Of a DNA stretch of 64,000 nt, positions 30,910 through 41,410 are shown in pieces (positions within the stretch are counted from its first letter, which is position 1; each line of letters begins with the position of its first letter). The notes under the pieces are model-generated. The model was given only the letters and a program-made list of their open reading frames with translations. It made no database searches and was not told the DNA's origin. A program made the position numbers and the translations under genes. The stretch spans positions 62,001-126,000 of the forward strand of contig JAHCIT010000003.1 in assembly GCA_026129095.1 (NCBI GenBank), written 5' to 3'. Source of the stretch: Deltaproteobacteria bacterium (GTDB lineage Bacteria; JAGRBM01; JAHCIT01).

Positions 30910-32579
30910 GAGCCGTTGCCCTCGTTTTTCCCAGGCGAAGTTCCCGACAGCCGGTGTTCAATATGGGAAATAACTCCCTCCAGTTGTTGGGCGAGAGTCG
31001 AATCGCGCAATGTCACCTCGCTGCGGAGGCGGGCGAGACTTTCGGGGCCTGCCGTGACCGAAAGGATCTTCAGGGCATCGCTCAGCGTGACCTTGTCGTA
31101 GAGGGGGCCGAACAGCTTCCGGGCTTTCAGGATGTCGATAAGGCCGTCAATAATGGGGCGCCCGCCGATGCGGGCAAGGGCGATATTCAGGGTCTTGCGA
31201 AAATCGACCGTCAGTTCGAACTCGTCGGCCTTCCTGAACAGGTCAAGAAGCAGCACTGAGCTGCGCGTCTCCCTGAGTGTCCCGAATGCCTCCAGCACCC
31301 GCCTGCGACTGGCAATGGGAGCATTACTGGTCAGGTACCGTCCGAGAACATTGATCGCGTCCATGTTCCGGATGGCCAGCAGGCCATCGATAGCCGCTTC
31401 GCTGACAGTTGGGTCGGCATGAAACACGAGCGGCTCAAGGGCGGTAACCCCTTCATCGGCTGTCAGTGCCCCAAGCGTTTGGGCCGCGAGCCGGGCAATG
31501 GGCGGCTGTGGTGTGCCATGCAGGAGCCCCAGCGCGAAATGTATCGCAGGTGGTCCCATGCGGGCCAACAACTGGGAGATCAATGTTTCGGTGTATGAAT
31601 TCAGTGGTGTTTTGAGCCGTTCAGCCACCACGTCCATGGTGGCCGGTCCGAAGAGTTCCAGTATCCGGAGCAGGGATTCGATTTCGCTTTCGGACTTGTC
31701 ATCGGTACAGAGTTCCGTCAGCAGTGCCCGGATCACCTGTGACGATCCGCTTTTCCGCATGGCCCGTATGGCGTACTTGCGGAACTCTATGTCCAGATCG
31801 GTATTGCGTGAATCCTGCTCGAAAACCTGGATGATCCTGAACAGCAAGGCCCAGCGTCGCCGCTTGAGAAGGCCGGCGGCCGTTTCGGCCAGTTTCAGTG
31901 CCGCCTGATAATAGGCATCCGCATCGGCTGTGCCGTTCAGGTCGCCGATCTGGTTCTCGACCAGTTCATTATCACGATCAATGCTGTCTTCGTCGCCGAC
32001 GATGGCACCGTCGATACCAACCGTGTCGATCACAGGTTCGGCAGCTGGGGTTTCGGGGTCCGGGGGGGGAGGCTCGGGTTCGGGCAGTTCAGGCACATCG
32101 GGTGGAGCCGGCTCGCCCCCCCGCTTGAGATACTCCAGATCGATGTCGTTAACGAAGACGTGAGTCAGGTGGGCTTCCTGCAGCAGCTTTTCAAGACCGC
32201 CCCGGAGATAAATATCCTCGGCTTCCATTGAGACAAGCCTGAGGAAGCGGAGCCACTCCTCCTGCGTGAGGCCATCCAGGAAATACAGCTTCTTGATGCG
32301 GCGCTGGAAAAGAAACTTGGCGAGCCCCTGAAGCAGTTCATTTTCGGGGTTTTGCAGGGTTTCGTTGTACCAGACCCCGGCGCGGGTGACACTGAAAACA
32401 AACTCGCCGCTGGCATGGGCGGCCTGCCGTATGGGGGTAAAAGTCTGCTGGATGATCTTCAGCAGGGAGGGGTGATTGGACGGATAGAATGCAACTGCGC
32501 GCAACCCCTTCTGAAGCTCCACCAGGAGCGCTTCAATCTCCCGGCCGCTGCCGCGGTCACCTTGCTGTGTTACTTCCAT
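30906..32579 (-). CDS. HEAT-repeat protein with N-terminal YPxxHP domain
   Basis: Helical repeats (AAQTLGAL, VSEAAIDGL, VLEAFG); 4-nt overlap with the HD-GYP gene. Confidence 0.82.
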   Translation of the reverse strand: MEVTQQGDRGSGREIEALLVELQKGLRAVAFYPSNHPSLLKIIQQTFTPIRQAAHASGEFVFSVTRAGVWYNETLQNPENELLQGLAKFLFQRRIKKLYFLDGLTQEEWLRFLRLVSMEAEDIYLRGGLEKLLQEAHLTHVFVNDIDLEYLKRGGEPAPPDVPELPEPEPPPPDPETPAAEPVIDTVGIDGAIVGDEDSIDRDNELVENQIGDLNGTADADAYYQAALKLAETAAGLLKRRRWALLFRIIQVFEQDSRNTDLDIEFRKYAIRAMRKSGSSQVIRALLTELCTDDKSESEIESLLRILELFGPATMDVVAERLKTPLNSYTETLISQLLARMGPPAIHFALGLLHGTPQPPIARLAAQTLGALTADEGVTALEPLVFHADPTVSEAAIDGLLAIRNMDAINVLGRYLTSNAPIASRRRVLEAFGTLRETRSSVLLLDLFRKADEFELTVDFRKTLNIALARIGGRPIIDGLIDILKARKLFGPLYDKVTLSDALKILSVTAGPESLARLRSEVTLRDSTLAQQLEGVISHIEHRLSGTSPGKNEGNGS

Positions 32580-32594
32580 ACGGCCGGCAACGGC

Positions 32595-33002
32595 TTACTT
32601 TCTGCTCGTCTCGACAAACCGGACCTGAAGTTCGTAGAGGAGGCCGTTCAGGAGCTGGCCTTCGTCTGCGGTCAGATTGCCCTGGGTCTTTTCCCGCAAC
32701 ATGTGCAGGATGTCGATGGTGTATCGGGCCAGCGGGAAGTTGGGTGTGGGAGCCTCATTATCTTCCGTCCGGATGAGTCCCAGATGAAACAGGGCCTGGG
32801 TATGGAGCGACAAGCAGAGTGTTCCAAAGGAAACTTCCGGGGCGTCTGATGGCTGTTCTTCCGGATGCCGCTCGAAGGTTTCCCCGCGGAGGCCGGATGC
32901 GGACTCAGCGGGCTCCTTGGAACCCTCGCTGCGGGCTTCGCCCTCGGGGGTAAAACGCCGCCGGTCCACGGTCTTGAAACCCGATTCAGATGAATCACTC
33001 AT
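32595..33002 (-). CDS. DUF1844 family protein
   Basis: FKTVDRRRF, SLHTQALFHLG, ARYTIDILHMLREKTQGNLT, LYELQVRFV. Confidence 0.88.
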   Translation of the reverse strand: MSDSSESGFKTVDRRRFTPEGEARSEGSKEPAESASGLRGETFERHPEEQPSDAPEVSFGTLCLSLHTQALFHLGLIRTEDNEAPTPNFPLARYTIDILHMLREKTQGNLTADEGQLLNGLLYELQVRFVETSRK

Positions 33003-33328
33003 GAGTGAGAACCCCTCCTGACGACCTAGGGACAGATGTGGAAAAATCTTAACTATCCTTGGTAGTTGCGACAACTATTAACTAGCTTTAATGTAAAAGG
33101 GCCCCAATTATGAACGGCCCGTGAAACCTCCTTAAGGGATACGGTTTTAATTGCCACAGGGCCCGGTTTGTAGCATTCATTAAAAACGTTGGGGTAAACC
33201 ACAAGGGGCGGGGAGTTGAACAGGCATTAGAGGTGAATATGCACGTTTCCGCCGGTTCCGTTAGCAATTCGAACAGCAGTCACACCATTTCGCCGGACCA
33301 TTTCCGGCCCCAGCAAGGGATGCGCACG

Positions 33329-34009
33329 ATGAGAATCCTGGTCGTTGAGGACGAGAAAAAGGTTTCGAGCTTCATTCAAAAGGGCCTGACCGAAGAGAGT
33401 TATGCCGTTGATGTGGCTCATGACGGAGAAGAAGGGCTTGGGTTTGCGCTGCAGCAGGAGTACGACCTCATCATTCTCGATATCATGCTGCCCAAGATGG
33501 ATGGCCTGAAGGTGCTGGAGCAGATTCGCGCAAAGGGCCGCCAGGTTCCGGTACTGCTGCTCACGGCACGCGATACGCTTGAGGACAAGGTAAAGGGTCT
33601 GGATACCGGGGCAGATGACTATCTGCCCAAGCCGTTCGCCTTCACTGAACTTCTGGCCCGTGTCCGTGCGCTGCTTCGCCGGTCGAGCAATTCACGGGCG
33701 GCGGTGCTCAAGGTAGATACGCTGAGTCTGGACCCGGTTTCCCGGGAGGTCCGCCGCAGCGGCAGGAAGATTGATCTTACGGCCAAGGAATACGCACTGC
33801 TTGAGTTCTTCATGCGGAACTGTGGTAAGATTCTTACCCGGACCGTCATCAGCGAGCATGTGTGGGACATGAATTTCGACTCGTCCACGAACATCGTGGA
33901 TGTTTATGTTAACCACCTCCGTAACAAGGTGGAAGCACCCACCGAGAAGAAGCTCATCCATACTGTTCGCGGCGTCGGTTACGTCCTGAAGGAAGCAGAT
34001 GCTGCGTGA
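33329..34009 (+). CDS. OmpR-family response regulator (CusR/CzcR-like)
   Basis: MRILVVEDE, LDIMLP, GADDYLPKPF, LTAKEYALL, IHTVRGVGY. Confidence 0.95.
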   Translation: MRILVVEDEKKVSSFIQKGLTEESYAVDVAHDGEEGLGFALQQEYDLIILDIMLPKMDGLKVLEQIRAKGRQVPVLLLTARDTLEDKVKGLDTGADDYLPKPFAFTELLARVRALLRRSSNSRAAVLKVDTLSLDPVSREVRRSGRKIDLTAKEYALLEFFMRNCGKILTRTVISEHVWDMNFDSSTNIVDVYVNHLRNKVEAPTEKKLIHTVRGVGYVLKEADAA

Positions 34010-35463
34010 AACGAAGGCCCTTATCCCTAAGGGCTAAACTTCTAGTCTGGTATCTGGGGCTGCTGATTGCCCTCCTGACGGCTTTTGCCGTTACCCTGTT
34101 CCTGTTTTTTGACCGCGGCCTGCTCCGGCAGGTCGATGCGTCCTTGAAGACCGCATCTGTCGGCCTTGCCCGTATCTATGCCTCCCAGGCGGAGCGGTCC
34201 ATTTATGGCCGGCAGTCCATGTTCGGTTGGGTATTTGGCCGTCAGGTGATTGACCGTTACGTCGATATCCTCGACACACCGGCAGTCAGCGGCCAGCACG
34301 GCCGGCTCCGGCGCGAGATTGTTCCTCTGACCGATCTTGCAAAGGCGAATGCCCGCCGAGGTATTGCGACGTACGAAACCTTCAGGGATCTGGACGAATG
34401 GCCGGTTCGGGTTATCACCATGCCGATCATCCTGAACGGCCAGGTGACGAACGCCGTTGTGCAGGTAGCCGCTTCGCTTGGCTATGTGGAAGATACCCTG
34501 GACCGGCTCATCACTGTAATGGCCATAGTGTTTGGCATTTCACTGCTGGTGGCGACATTCGCGGGCACGATATTCGTGGAACAGGCACTCCGCCCGTTCG
34601 GCCGTATTGTCAGGACCGTGCGGGGGATTAACGCCCGAAACCTCAAGGAACGCCTCAACGAGCCGCTGGCGGATGATGAACTGGGGCGGTTGGCGCGGAC
34701 TTTCAACACCATGCTCGACTCGCTCGAAACTTCCTTTGAGCAGATACGCAAGTTCACGGCCGATGCCTCCCATGAGCTCAAGACGCCGCTCACGGTTCTG
34801 CGCGGACAGATTGAGCTGGGACTTTCGCAGGAACGCAGCCCGGAGGATTATCAGGAGATTCTCGCCTCGGCCCTGGAGGAAATTGGCCGTCTGTCCAAGA
34901 TCACCACGAATCTGTTGATGTTGTCCAAGGCCGACGCTGGCCAGGTTCCGCTTAATTACGAAACAGTGGATTTGCGCGAACTGGTCCATGAGGTTGCGGA
35001 AGGGCTGGAAATACTTGCGGGTGAGAAGCAGATACGGCTGGAGTGGCCACGGGAGGAGGAGCCGGTGCTGATTGAGGGAGATCGCACGCGGCTCTCGCAA
35101 CTGGTGAGCAATCTGATTGACAATGCCATCCATTACACCGAACCGGGGGGGGCGATTACCGTCAGAATCGGCCAGGCCAACGCCTTCTTTGTATTCATGG
35201 AAGTGAAGGACACCGGTATCGGAATCGCCCCGGCAGATCTCGGGAAGATATTCGACCGCTTCTACCGGGCCGACAAGGCCCGCACACGACGTGAAGGTGG
35301 TTCTGGATTAGGCCTTTCCATCGTTCGGTGGATCACTGAGGCCCACGGCGGGCGTATCGAGGTCGAGTCCGAGCCGGGCAGGGGTAGCAGTTTCATGGTG
35401 TTTCTCCCGTTCCGCAAGCCGGTTCCCGGCGGATCGCCGCCACTACCAGGCACAATGACGTGA
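34006..35463 (+). CDS. HAMP sensor histidine kinase (CusS/CzcS-like)
   Basis: Two TMs, HAMP, FTADASHELKTPL, NLIDNA, DTGIGI, GSGLGL. Confidence 0.95.
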   Translation: MKRRPLSLRAKLLVWYLGLLIALLTAFAVTLFLFFDRGLLRQVDASLKTASVGLARIYASQAERSIYGRQSMFGWVFGRQVIDRYVDILDTPAVSGQHGRLRREIVPLTDLAKANARRGIATYETFRDLDEWPVRVITMPIILNGQVTNAVVQVAASLGYVEDTLDRLITVMAIVFGISLLVATFAGTIFVEQALRPFGRIVRTVRGINARNLKERLNEPLADDELGRLARTFNTMLDSLETSFEQIRKFTADASHELKTPLTVLRGQIELGLSQERSPEDYQEILASALEEIGRLSKITTNLLMLSKADAGQVPLNYETVDLRELVHEVAEGLEILAGEKQIRLEWPREEEPVLIEGDRTRLSQLVSNLIDNAIHYTEPGGAITVRIGQANAFFVFMEVKDTGIGIAPADLGKIFDRFYRADKARTRREGGSGLGLSIVRWITEAHGGRIEVESEPGRGSSFMVFLPFRKPVPGGSPPLPGTMT

Positions 35464-35544
35464 AATTGTACCCTTGCCATGCCTACCGCACCGTGCTTTA
35501 TCTGAATTCGTATGCCCAGAAACGGGCATAAACGTCGGGGGGAA

Positions 35545-35994
35545 ATGAATATGCTGGTCAAACACCAGATCGAGATAGACGCACCGGTCGAGACAGTGTG
35601 GAAGTTGTGGCAGGATCTTGAAGGCTGGCCGGTCTGGTATCCGGGCATGATCTCGGTCACGCGAAAGAAACCGGGCCCGGCGGGAATGGGCACCGTGTTC
35701 ATCCAGAAAATGAAGATTGGCAGCCTTCAGGCCCCGGTGACGACCAGGCTGTGCGAGTTCAGTGAGCCAGCCTGTATTGCCTGGAAAGGCGGCGGACCGG
35801 GTCTGAAAGTGGTTCACCGGATCCTGCTGGACGACCTTGGTAGCCGGACGCGGGTCCGTAGCGAGGAGACCTGGGACGGCTTTCTGTCCCCTCTGGCGGC
35901 CCTTGTCCGCGAGATGATCGATGAGGTAACCATTAACTGTCTTGAGGGCTTGAAGGCGTACGCCGAACGTCTGACGGGAAAAGCAGCCGGTTAA
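35545..35994 (+). CDS. SRPBCC (polyketide cyclase/START-like) protein
   Basis: IEIDAPVETVWKLWQDLEGWPVW...LEGLKAYAE. Confidence 0.85.
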   Translation: MNMLVKHQIEIDAPVETVWKLWQDLEGWPVWYPGMISVTRKKPGPAGMGTVFIQKMKIGSLQAPVTTRLCEFSEPACIAWKGGGPGLKVVHRILLDDLGSRTRVRSEETWDGFLSPLAALVREMIDEVTINCLEGLKAYAERLTGKAAG

Positions 35995-36681
35995 ATGGCT
36001 CAATTGGCCTTTGGTTTTCAGCAGGTACGGGTTGATGCCGGGCGGCTGGGTGACGCCTTGGGCACGCCGGTTGATCTGAACTGGACGGACAATACCTCCA
36101 CAATGATTGCCATGCGCCGGCGGGACGGTGTGACCACGCTCCGTCTTCACCGCATGTTTGAAGAGGTGGAACCGCCCGTGTTCGACTCGCTGGTAGCATA
36201 CTGCCGCCGCGGGCGAGGCAGGCATCCTGAACTGGCAGCCCATGTGGCACGCCATCGCCACAGGATTCGTCAGCGGGAACCCAAGCCACGACCGTCACTG
36301 GAAGCTGCGCGCGGCCGGTACTTCGATCTTGCCGGTATCCTGGCGTCGGTCCACGGACAGTATTTTCCGGAACTTCCTCCGGCGGCGATCTGCTGGGGCA
36401 GGGGGAGCCGCGGGAGGAGGCGTATCCAGCTTGCCGTATACGATCCGGGCGAACATCTGATCCGCGTCAACCCGCGTCTTGACAGGGCGGATGTCCCGTC
36501 AGTGGTCATGGAGTTCCTGGTCTACCACGAACTGTGTCATGCACGGCTGATCCGGGAGGCGAAAGCCGAAAACCGGTCGAATGGTCATCACCATGACCGG
36601 AGATTCCGCGAGATGGAGCGCCGGTTCCCGGCCTTTGCGGAAGTGATGGTGTGGGAGCGAGCTTGCGTCTCACGGCTCTGA
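35995..36681 (+). CDS. SprT/M48-like zinc metalloprotease domain protein
   Basis: YHELCH (HExxH) and downstream HHHDRRF. Confidence 0.75.
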   Translation: MAQLAFGFQQVRVDAGRLGDALGTPVDLNWTDNTSTMIAMRRRDGVTTLRLHRMFEEVEPPVFDSLVAYCRRGRGRHPELAAHVARHRHRIRQREPKPRPSLEAARGRYFDLAGILASVHGQYFPELPPAAICWGRGSRGRRRIQLAVYDPGEHLIRVNPRLDRADVPSVVMEFLVYHELCHARLIREAKAENRSNGHHHDRRFREMERRFPAFAEVMVWERACVSRL

Positions 36682-36716
36682 AAGCCTTGAGGCAGTAACG
36701 AAAGGAGGGACCAGTA

Positions 36717-37214
36717 GTGGCCCTCACGGAACACCCAGAAAGTGAACGGTACTATATTCCCACAACCAGGGGTTGCTTTGCCTGCGGGACGGAAAATCAG
36801 TGCGGAATGCAGCTTCAGGTTTACCGGTGGAACCGGGACATGCATTTTTACTGTGATACTTCGCTGAAGTCTCACATGCGGGGCATGTCGAAGACCGCTC
36901 ACGGTGGTATCGTGGCAACCCTGCTCGATGAGGTGGTCGGGATCACCGCCGCCCAGTCGTCAGACAAGAAGTGTGTCACGGTGGAATTGACCGTGAAGTT
37001 CAGGAAGCCGGTTTTTATCGAAAGCCTCGTACGTATCGAAGGCTGGGTGGACGATATCGGTGAGAAGATTGTCCGGGCCAGTGGCCGGATTATCAACCCC
37101 GATGGCGAGGAACTGGCTACCGTTTCGGGGAAGTTCTTCGCCCTTGATATGGAGAAGGCCCAGGCCTTCCTGAACCTCAAGGGGATGCAGAACACGGAGA
37201 AGCTCCGGGAGTAG
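36717..37214 (+). CDS. PaaI family hot-dog thioesterase
   Basis: CFACG.EN..G, HGGIVATLLDE, TVELTVKFRKP. Confidence 0.9.
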   Translation: MALTEHPESERYYIPTTRGCFACGTENQCGMQLQVYRWNRDMHFYCDTSLKSHMRGMSKTAHGGIVATLLDEVVGITAAQSSDKKCVTVELTVKFRKPVFIESLVRIEGWVDDIGEKIVRASGRIINPDGEELATVSGKFFALDMEKAQAFLNLKGMQNTEKLRE

Positions 37215-37216
37215 TT

Positions 37217-38509
37217 CTATCCCCGTTCCTCCAACGGCAGGGCATCGGTACGGTTCCCGTCGACAGGCAGCCCTGTCAGGTGGCGGCGGAGCATGTCGAG
37301 GGCGGTCATGGCGGTGATCTGCCGGACCTGATGACGGCTGCCGGGAAAGTAGATTTTCCTCGCAAATGTGGAGGCCGGTGTCGCTAGCGCAACGAACACC
37401 GTTCCTACCGGCTTCTGAGGCGATCCGCCCGTGGGCCCCGCAATTCCGGTAGCCGAAAGCGCAAATCTTGAGCCAGAAAGTTTCCGCGCACCTTCGGCCA
37501 TTGCCCGTGCGCAGGTTTCGCTCACGGCCCCATGCTCGGCGAGTATTGCCTCGCTGACGCCAAGCACATCCCGCTTTGCTGTATTGGTGTAGGTGACAAA
37601 GCTCCGGTCGAAGTAGGACGAAGATCCCGGAACCGATGTCAGCATCTCGCCGATCATGCCGCCTGTACAGCTTTCAGCAAGTGATATGGTCCCCTTCTCC
37701 ATTTTCAGCAGTTCTCCAACGGTTTCTTCCATTGAAGGCCCGTCAGAGAAAATACTGGGACCAAGCCGCTTGAACACTTCCCTGGATGCGGACTTGAGAA
37801 GCTGCCGGGCGGCTTCGGCATCTTTCCCCTGGACAGTGAGCTTTACCTGGATTTCGGGGAAGTGGGCGCGAAAGCCGAGCTTTACGCCGGGGAACTGTGC
37901 TTCCAGTCTTGAAAGCAGTTCGTCCACTTTCGACTCGGGAAGCCCATGGGTTCGGAGAACCCGGACCTGGAATATGCTGGGCTCCGGCCGGAGTTTCTCG
38001 ATTCGCGGGGCGACCTGTTCGGAAAACATCTTCTTCATCTCGGAAGGGACGCCTGGCATGAAGAAGAAAACCGCCCGTCCTAGCTTCATCGTAAACCCCG
38101 GCGCGGTCCCGACCGGGTTCGGCAGCACCTCAGACAGTTCGGGAAGCAGGGCTTGCTTGCGATTGTTCTCCGGCATCGGGCGGCCACGGGCCTGCCAGAG
38201 CATCTGCATCCGCTGCAGGGCCGGTTCATCCAGCTTCAGGCCGCAACCGGCTACCTTCGCGGCGATTTCGGTTGTCAGGTCATCCACTGTGGGGCCAAGC
38301 CCGCCGGTGCAGGCGACGATATCAGCCCGTCCTCCAAGTTCGCGGAAGGCGGCTTCAAGCCGTTCCCGGTCGTCGCCGACGGTAGTATGCCGGGTAACGA
38401 CGAAACCGAGCGTCCCCAGCTGATCGGCGAGCCAGGTGGCGTTGGTGTCGGTAATCTGGCCGGTGAGCACTTCGTCGCCAGTGGACAGGATTTCACAGGT
38501 GAGACTCAT
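37217..38509 (-). CDS. cinA: CinA family protein (MoCo-binding-like domain + NMN deamidase PncC)
   Basis: GDEVLTGQITDTN, GGLGPTVDDLT, AESCTGG, TGIAGPTGG. Confidence 0.95.
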   Translation of the reverse strand: MSLTCEILSTGDEVLTGQITDTNATWLADQLGTLGFVVTRHTTVGDDRERLEAAFRELGGRADIVACTGGLGPTVDDLTTEIAAKVAGCGLKLDEPALQRMQMLWQARGRPMPENNRKQALLPELSEVLPNPVGTAPGFTMKLGRAVFFFMPGVPSEMKKMFSEQVAPRIEKLRPEPSIFQVRVLRTHGLPESKVDELLSRLEAQFPGVKLGFRAHFPEIQVKLTVQGKDAEAARQLLKSASREVFKRLGPSIFSDGPSMEETVGELLKMEKGTISLAESCTGGMIGEMLTSVPGSSSYFDRSFVTYTNTAKRDVLGVSEAILAEHGAVSETCARAMAEGARKLSGSRFALSATGIAGPTGGSPQKPVGTVFVALATPASTFARKIYFPGSRHQVRQITAMTALDMLRRHLTGLPVDGNRTDALPLEERG

Positions 38510-38548
38510 GGATGCCTCCACAGGCGGATCAGGGAATGGAGCCGGGTC

Positions 38549-39079
38549 TTAGCCCCAGAACCAGGCTGGCAGGTGCCCGCTGCGGGAAAGATAGCCAAGG
38601 ATATGCATGCACACCAAAGTCCAGATGCCAGCCATGAAGTCATCCAGAACGACGGGGTGGGCGCCCTCGTGCTTGCGGTCGAAGATCCGGCATGGCCAGG
38701 GCTTGGCGATATCGAAGATCCGGAACAGGACGATACCGGTTATCAATGTATATGGGGTTACCGGCACCAGCATCATGCCCGTCAGAAATCCCACGAGCTC
38801 ATCAATCACGATGTCAGTGGAATCGTGTGTCTGGAATAGCGGATCACATACACTGATTGCCCAGACTCCGGCGAAATAGAACCCCGCCAGCGTTACGGCA
38901 TAGAGCAGCGGGGGCATCAGGCCGAATCCGAAATACCATAATGGGGCGGTAGCCAACGTTCCCCATGTACCAGGAGCGCCCGGGAGATGCCCCACATAAC
39001 CCATCGTTCCGATAAAATGGGCGATGTGATCGGCCACAGAGCCGTGCTGAATGGGTCTGACCGGTTTCCGGTTTGGCAT
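38549..39079 (-). CDS. pgpA: Phosphatidylglycerophosphatase A
   Basis: APGTWGT, IVIDELVG, FRIFDIAKPWP, VVLDDFMAG. Confidence 0.94.
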   Translation of the reverse strand: MPNRKPVRPIQHGSVADHIAHFIGTMGYVGHLPGAPGTWGTLATAPLWYFGFGLMPPLLYAVTLAGFYFAGVWAISVCDPLFQTHDSTDIVIDELVGFLTGMMLVPVTPYTLITGIVLFRIFDIAKPWPCRIFDRKHEGAHPVVLDDFMAGIWTLVCMHILGYLSRSGHLPAWFWG

Positions 39080-39209
39080 CCTGACCGGGTGCGATAGCAC
39101 GGGCGCGAGGGTTATCCCAACGGCGCAATTGCACTTTGCTGGCGGAATATGGTTAGGTCTCCGGCAGCCGGGGCATTTGACGTAATCCGGCCGGGGAGAT
39201 TCCAGGAGT

Positions 39210-40001
39210 ATGTCCACACCGCTGATACAGGTGGAGCGGTCCCCATCCGGGGTAGTGACGCTGGCGCTGAACCGCCCCAATGCGCTGAATGCCATGACCG
39301 CCGAACTGGGCGATGCCCTGATCCATAAGATATCTGACGTTAAAAGCGATCCTGACGTCCGTGCGGTAGTGCTGACAGGTGTCGGCAAGGCCTTTTCAGC
39401 CGGTGGCGACCTCAAGATGATTGAGGAGAACGGAAACCAGCCCATCCTCGAAAACCGCACCTATATGAAAGAGTTCTACAGGCGGTACCTCACGATCCGC
39501 GAGATACCGGTTCCGGTGATTGCTGCTTTTAACGGGGCGGCCATTGGTGCGGGGCTGTGTATCGGACTCGCTTGTGATATCCGTCTTGCGTCGGATGACG
39601 CGAAGCTGGCCCTCAACTTCGTGAAGCTGGGGCTTCATCCGGGTATGGGAGCGACATGGCTGCTCCCGCGGCTTGTCGGTCCGCAGGCAGCCGCCGACCT
39701 GCTGCTGACCGGCCGCACCCTTACCGCCGAAGAAGCACTCCGGATCGGCCTTGTTCACCGGGTGGTCCCGAAGGACCATATTCTGCTCGAAGCGGTCAAG
39801 CTGGCAGAAGAAATCGCCCATCAGGCGCCAGTGGCGGTCAGGCTGACGAAGAAAGCGCTTCAGCATTCGGAGGGGAACTCGCTGGACGAACAGCTCGATT
39901 TCGAGGCGATCCAGCAGGCGGTGACCTTCGCCACGGAGGATTTCCGCGAGGGGATATCCGCAGTGAAAGACAAGCGTATTCCGAAATTCCACGGCAAATA
40001 G
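39210..40001 (+). CDS. Enoyl-CoA hydratase/isomerase family protein
   Basis: LNRPNALNA, FSAGGDL, AIGAGL...ACDIR, GLHPGMG. Confidence 0.93.
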   Translation: MSTPLIQVERSPSGVVTLALNRPNALNAMTAELGDALIHKISDVKSDPDVRAVVLTGVGKAFSAGGDLKMIEENGNQPILENRTYMKEFYRRYLTIREIPVPVIAAFNGAAIGAGLCIGLACDIRLASDDAKLALNFVKLGLHPGMGATWLLPRLVGPQAAADLLLTGRTLTAEEALRIGLVHRVVPKDHILLEAVKLAEEIAHQAPVAVRLTKKALQHSEGNSLDEQLDFEAIQQAVTFATEDFREGISAVKDKRIPKFHGK

Positions 40002-40034
40002 CCGGCGACTCTTGCCGCAGAAAGTGACCTCCTG

Positions 40035-40766
40035 ATGACTACTCGAAGTGACGGCAGGGCTCCAGCCGATCTCCGTCCGGCGAAGATACAGAGGAACTTC
40101 ATCGTTCATGCGCCCGGAAGCTGCCTGATCGAGATGGGTCTCACCCGCGTGATCTGCACGGCCACGGTCGAAAGCTCCGTGCCACGGTTCCTGCTGGGGA
40201 AGGGCGAAGGCTGGGTCACGGCCGAATACGGGATGCTGCCGGGCTCCACCCATACGCGCACCGACCGGGAGGCGGCCAAGGGCAAGCAGTCCGGCCGGAC
40301 CATGGAGATCCAGCGGCTCATCGGCCGGGCGCTCAGGGCGGTAACCGATTTTGGCAAGCTCGGCGAGCGGTCGATCCGGATTGATTGCGACGTGATCCAG
40401 GCAGATGGCGGAACGCGTTGTGCATCGATAACTGGCGCCTGGGTGGCACTTCACGATGCCATCGTGCACCTGCATGAACGGAACCCGGGGATGCCACCTG
40501 TGTCTGAAATCCTGACCGGCCATGTGTCTGCCGTCAGTGTCGGGATGCTGGTTGGAACGGCGATTCTGGATCTCTGCTACACGGAGGATTCTACGGCCGA
40601 AGTGGACATGAATGTGATCGCCACAGGGGCAGGCAAGCTGGTCGAGGTCCAGGGTACGGCCGAGCGCGGGGTGTTCAGCCGCGAGGAACTCGACAAGCTG
40701 CTGGATCTTGGTCTCAAGGGTTGCGCCGAACTCGTCAGTCTTCAGAGGAAAGCCATCGAGGGTTGA
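40035..40766 (+). CDS. rph: Ribonuclease PH
   Basis: [45 protein letters not shown]. Confidence 0.98.
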   Translation: MTTRSDGRAPADLRPAKIQRNFIVHAPGSCLIEMGLTRVICTATVESSVPRFLLGKGEGWVTAEYGMLPGSTHTRTDREAAKGKQSGRTMEIQRLIGRALRAVTDFGKLGERSIRIDCDVIQADGGTRCASITGAWVALHDAIVHLHERNPGMPPVSEILTGHVSAVSVGMLVGTAILDLCYTEDSTAEVDMNVIATGAGKLVEVQGTAERGVFSREELDKLLDLGLKGCAELVSLQRKAIEG

Positions 40767-41410
40767 TGTTGAAGGCTCCGCCGATGCCGCGAAAACTGCT
40801 CGTTGCGACCACAAACCCCGGCAAGATCCGGGAGCTGAGGGACCTTCTCGCGCCGCTTGGCCTTTCGGTCGTATCATTCGCTGATGAAGGTATGTCGCCA
40901 CTGCCTCCGGTTGAGGAGACCGAGCAGTCGTTTGAAGGCAATGCCCGGCTCAAGGCGGTCGCGTACGCCGACTTCTATAAACTTCCGGCGCTTGCCGATG
41001 ATTCCGGACTGACGGTGGATTTTCTGGGCGGCGCACCCGGCGTGCAGAGTGCACGGTATGCCGGTCCAGAAGCGAACGATGCGAGCAATGTCCGCAAGCT
41101 ACTTTCTGAGCTAGGTTCAGTATCTGAAAGTGAACGAAAAGCCGGATTTGTGTGCGTTTTATGTCTAGCCTTGCCCAGTGGACAGCAGTGGCACTTCCGT
41201 GGCGAGTGCCGGGGCAAAATCGCACCGGGGCCGGTGGGAGAGGGCGGATTTGGCTACGACCCCGTATTCATCAGCGATGAACTACCCGGGCGCACATTCG
41301 CCCAAATCACGCCGGAGGAAAAGGCGTCAGTAAGCCATCGGGGACGGGCGGTGCGGGAACTGGTCAGGCGACTGGAAACCGGGCTGCTGGACGAAATCTT
41401 TGCCGGATGA
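40766..41410 (+). CDS. rdgB: Non-canonical purine NTP pyrophosphatase (RdgB/HAM1)
   Basis: ATTNPGK, LADDSGL, APGVQSARY, GFGYDPVF, SHRGRA; start 40766 or 40784. Confidence 0.95.
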   Translation: MLKAPPMPRKLLVATTNPGKIRELRDLLAPLGLSVVSFADEGMSPLPPVEETEQSFEGNARLKAVAYADFYKLPALADDSGLTVDFLGGAPGVQSARYAGPEANDASNVRKLLSELGSVSESERKAGFVCVLCLALPSGQQWHFRGECRGKIAPGPVGEGGFGYDPVFISDELPGRTFAQITPEEKASVSHRGRAVRELVRRLETGLLDEIFAG

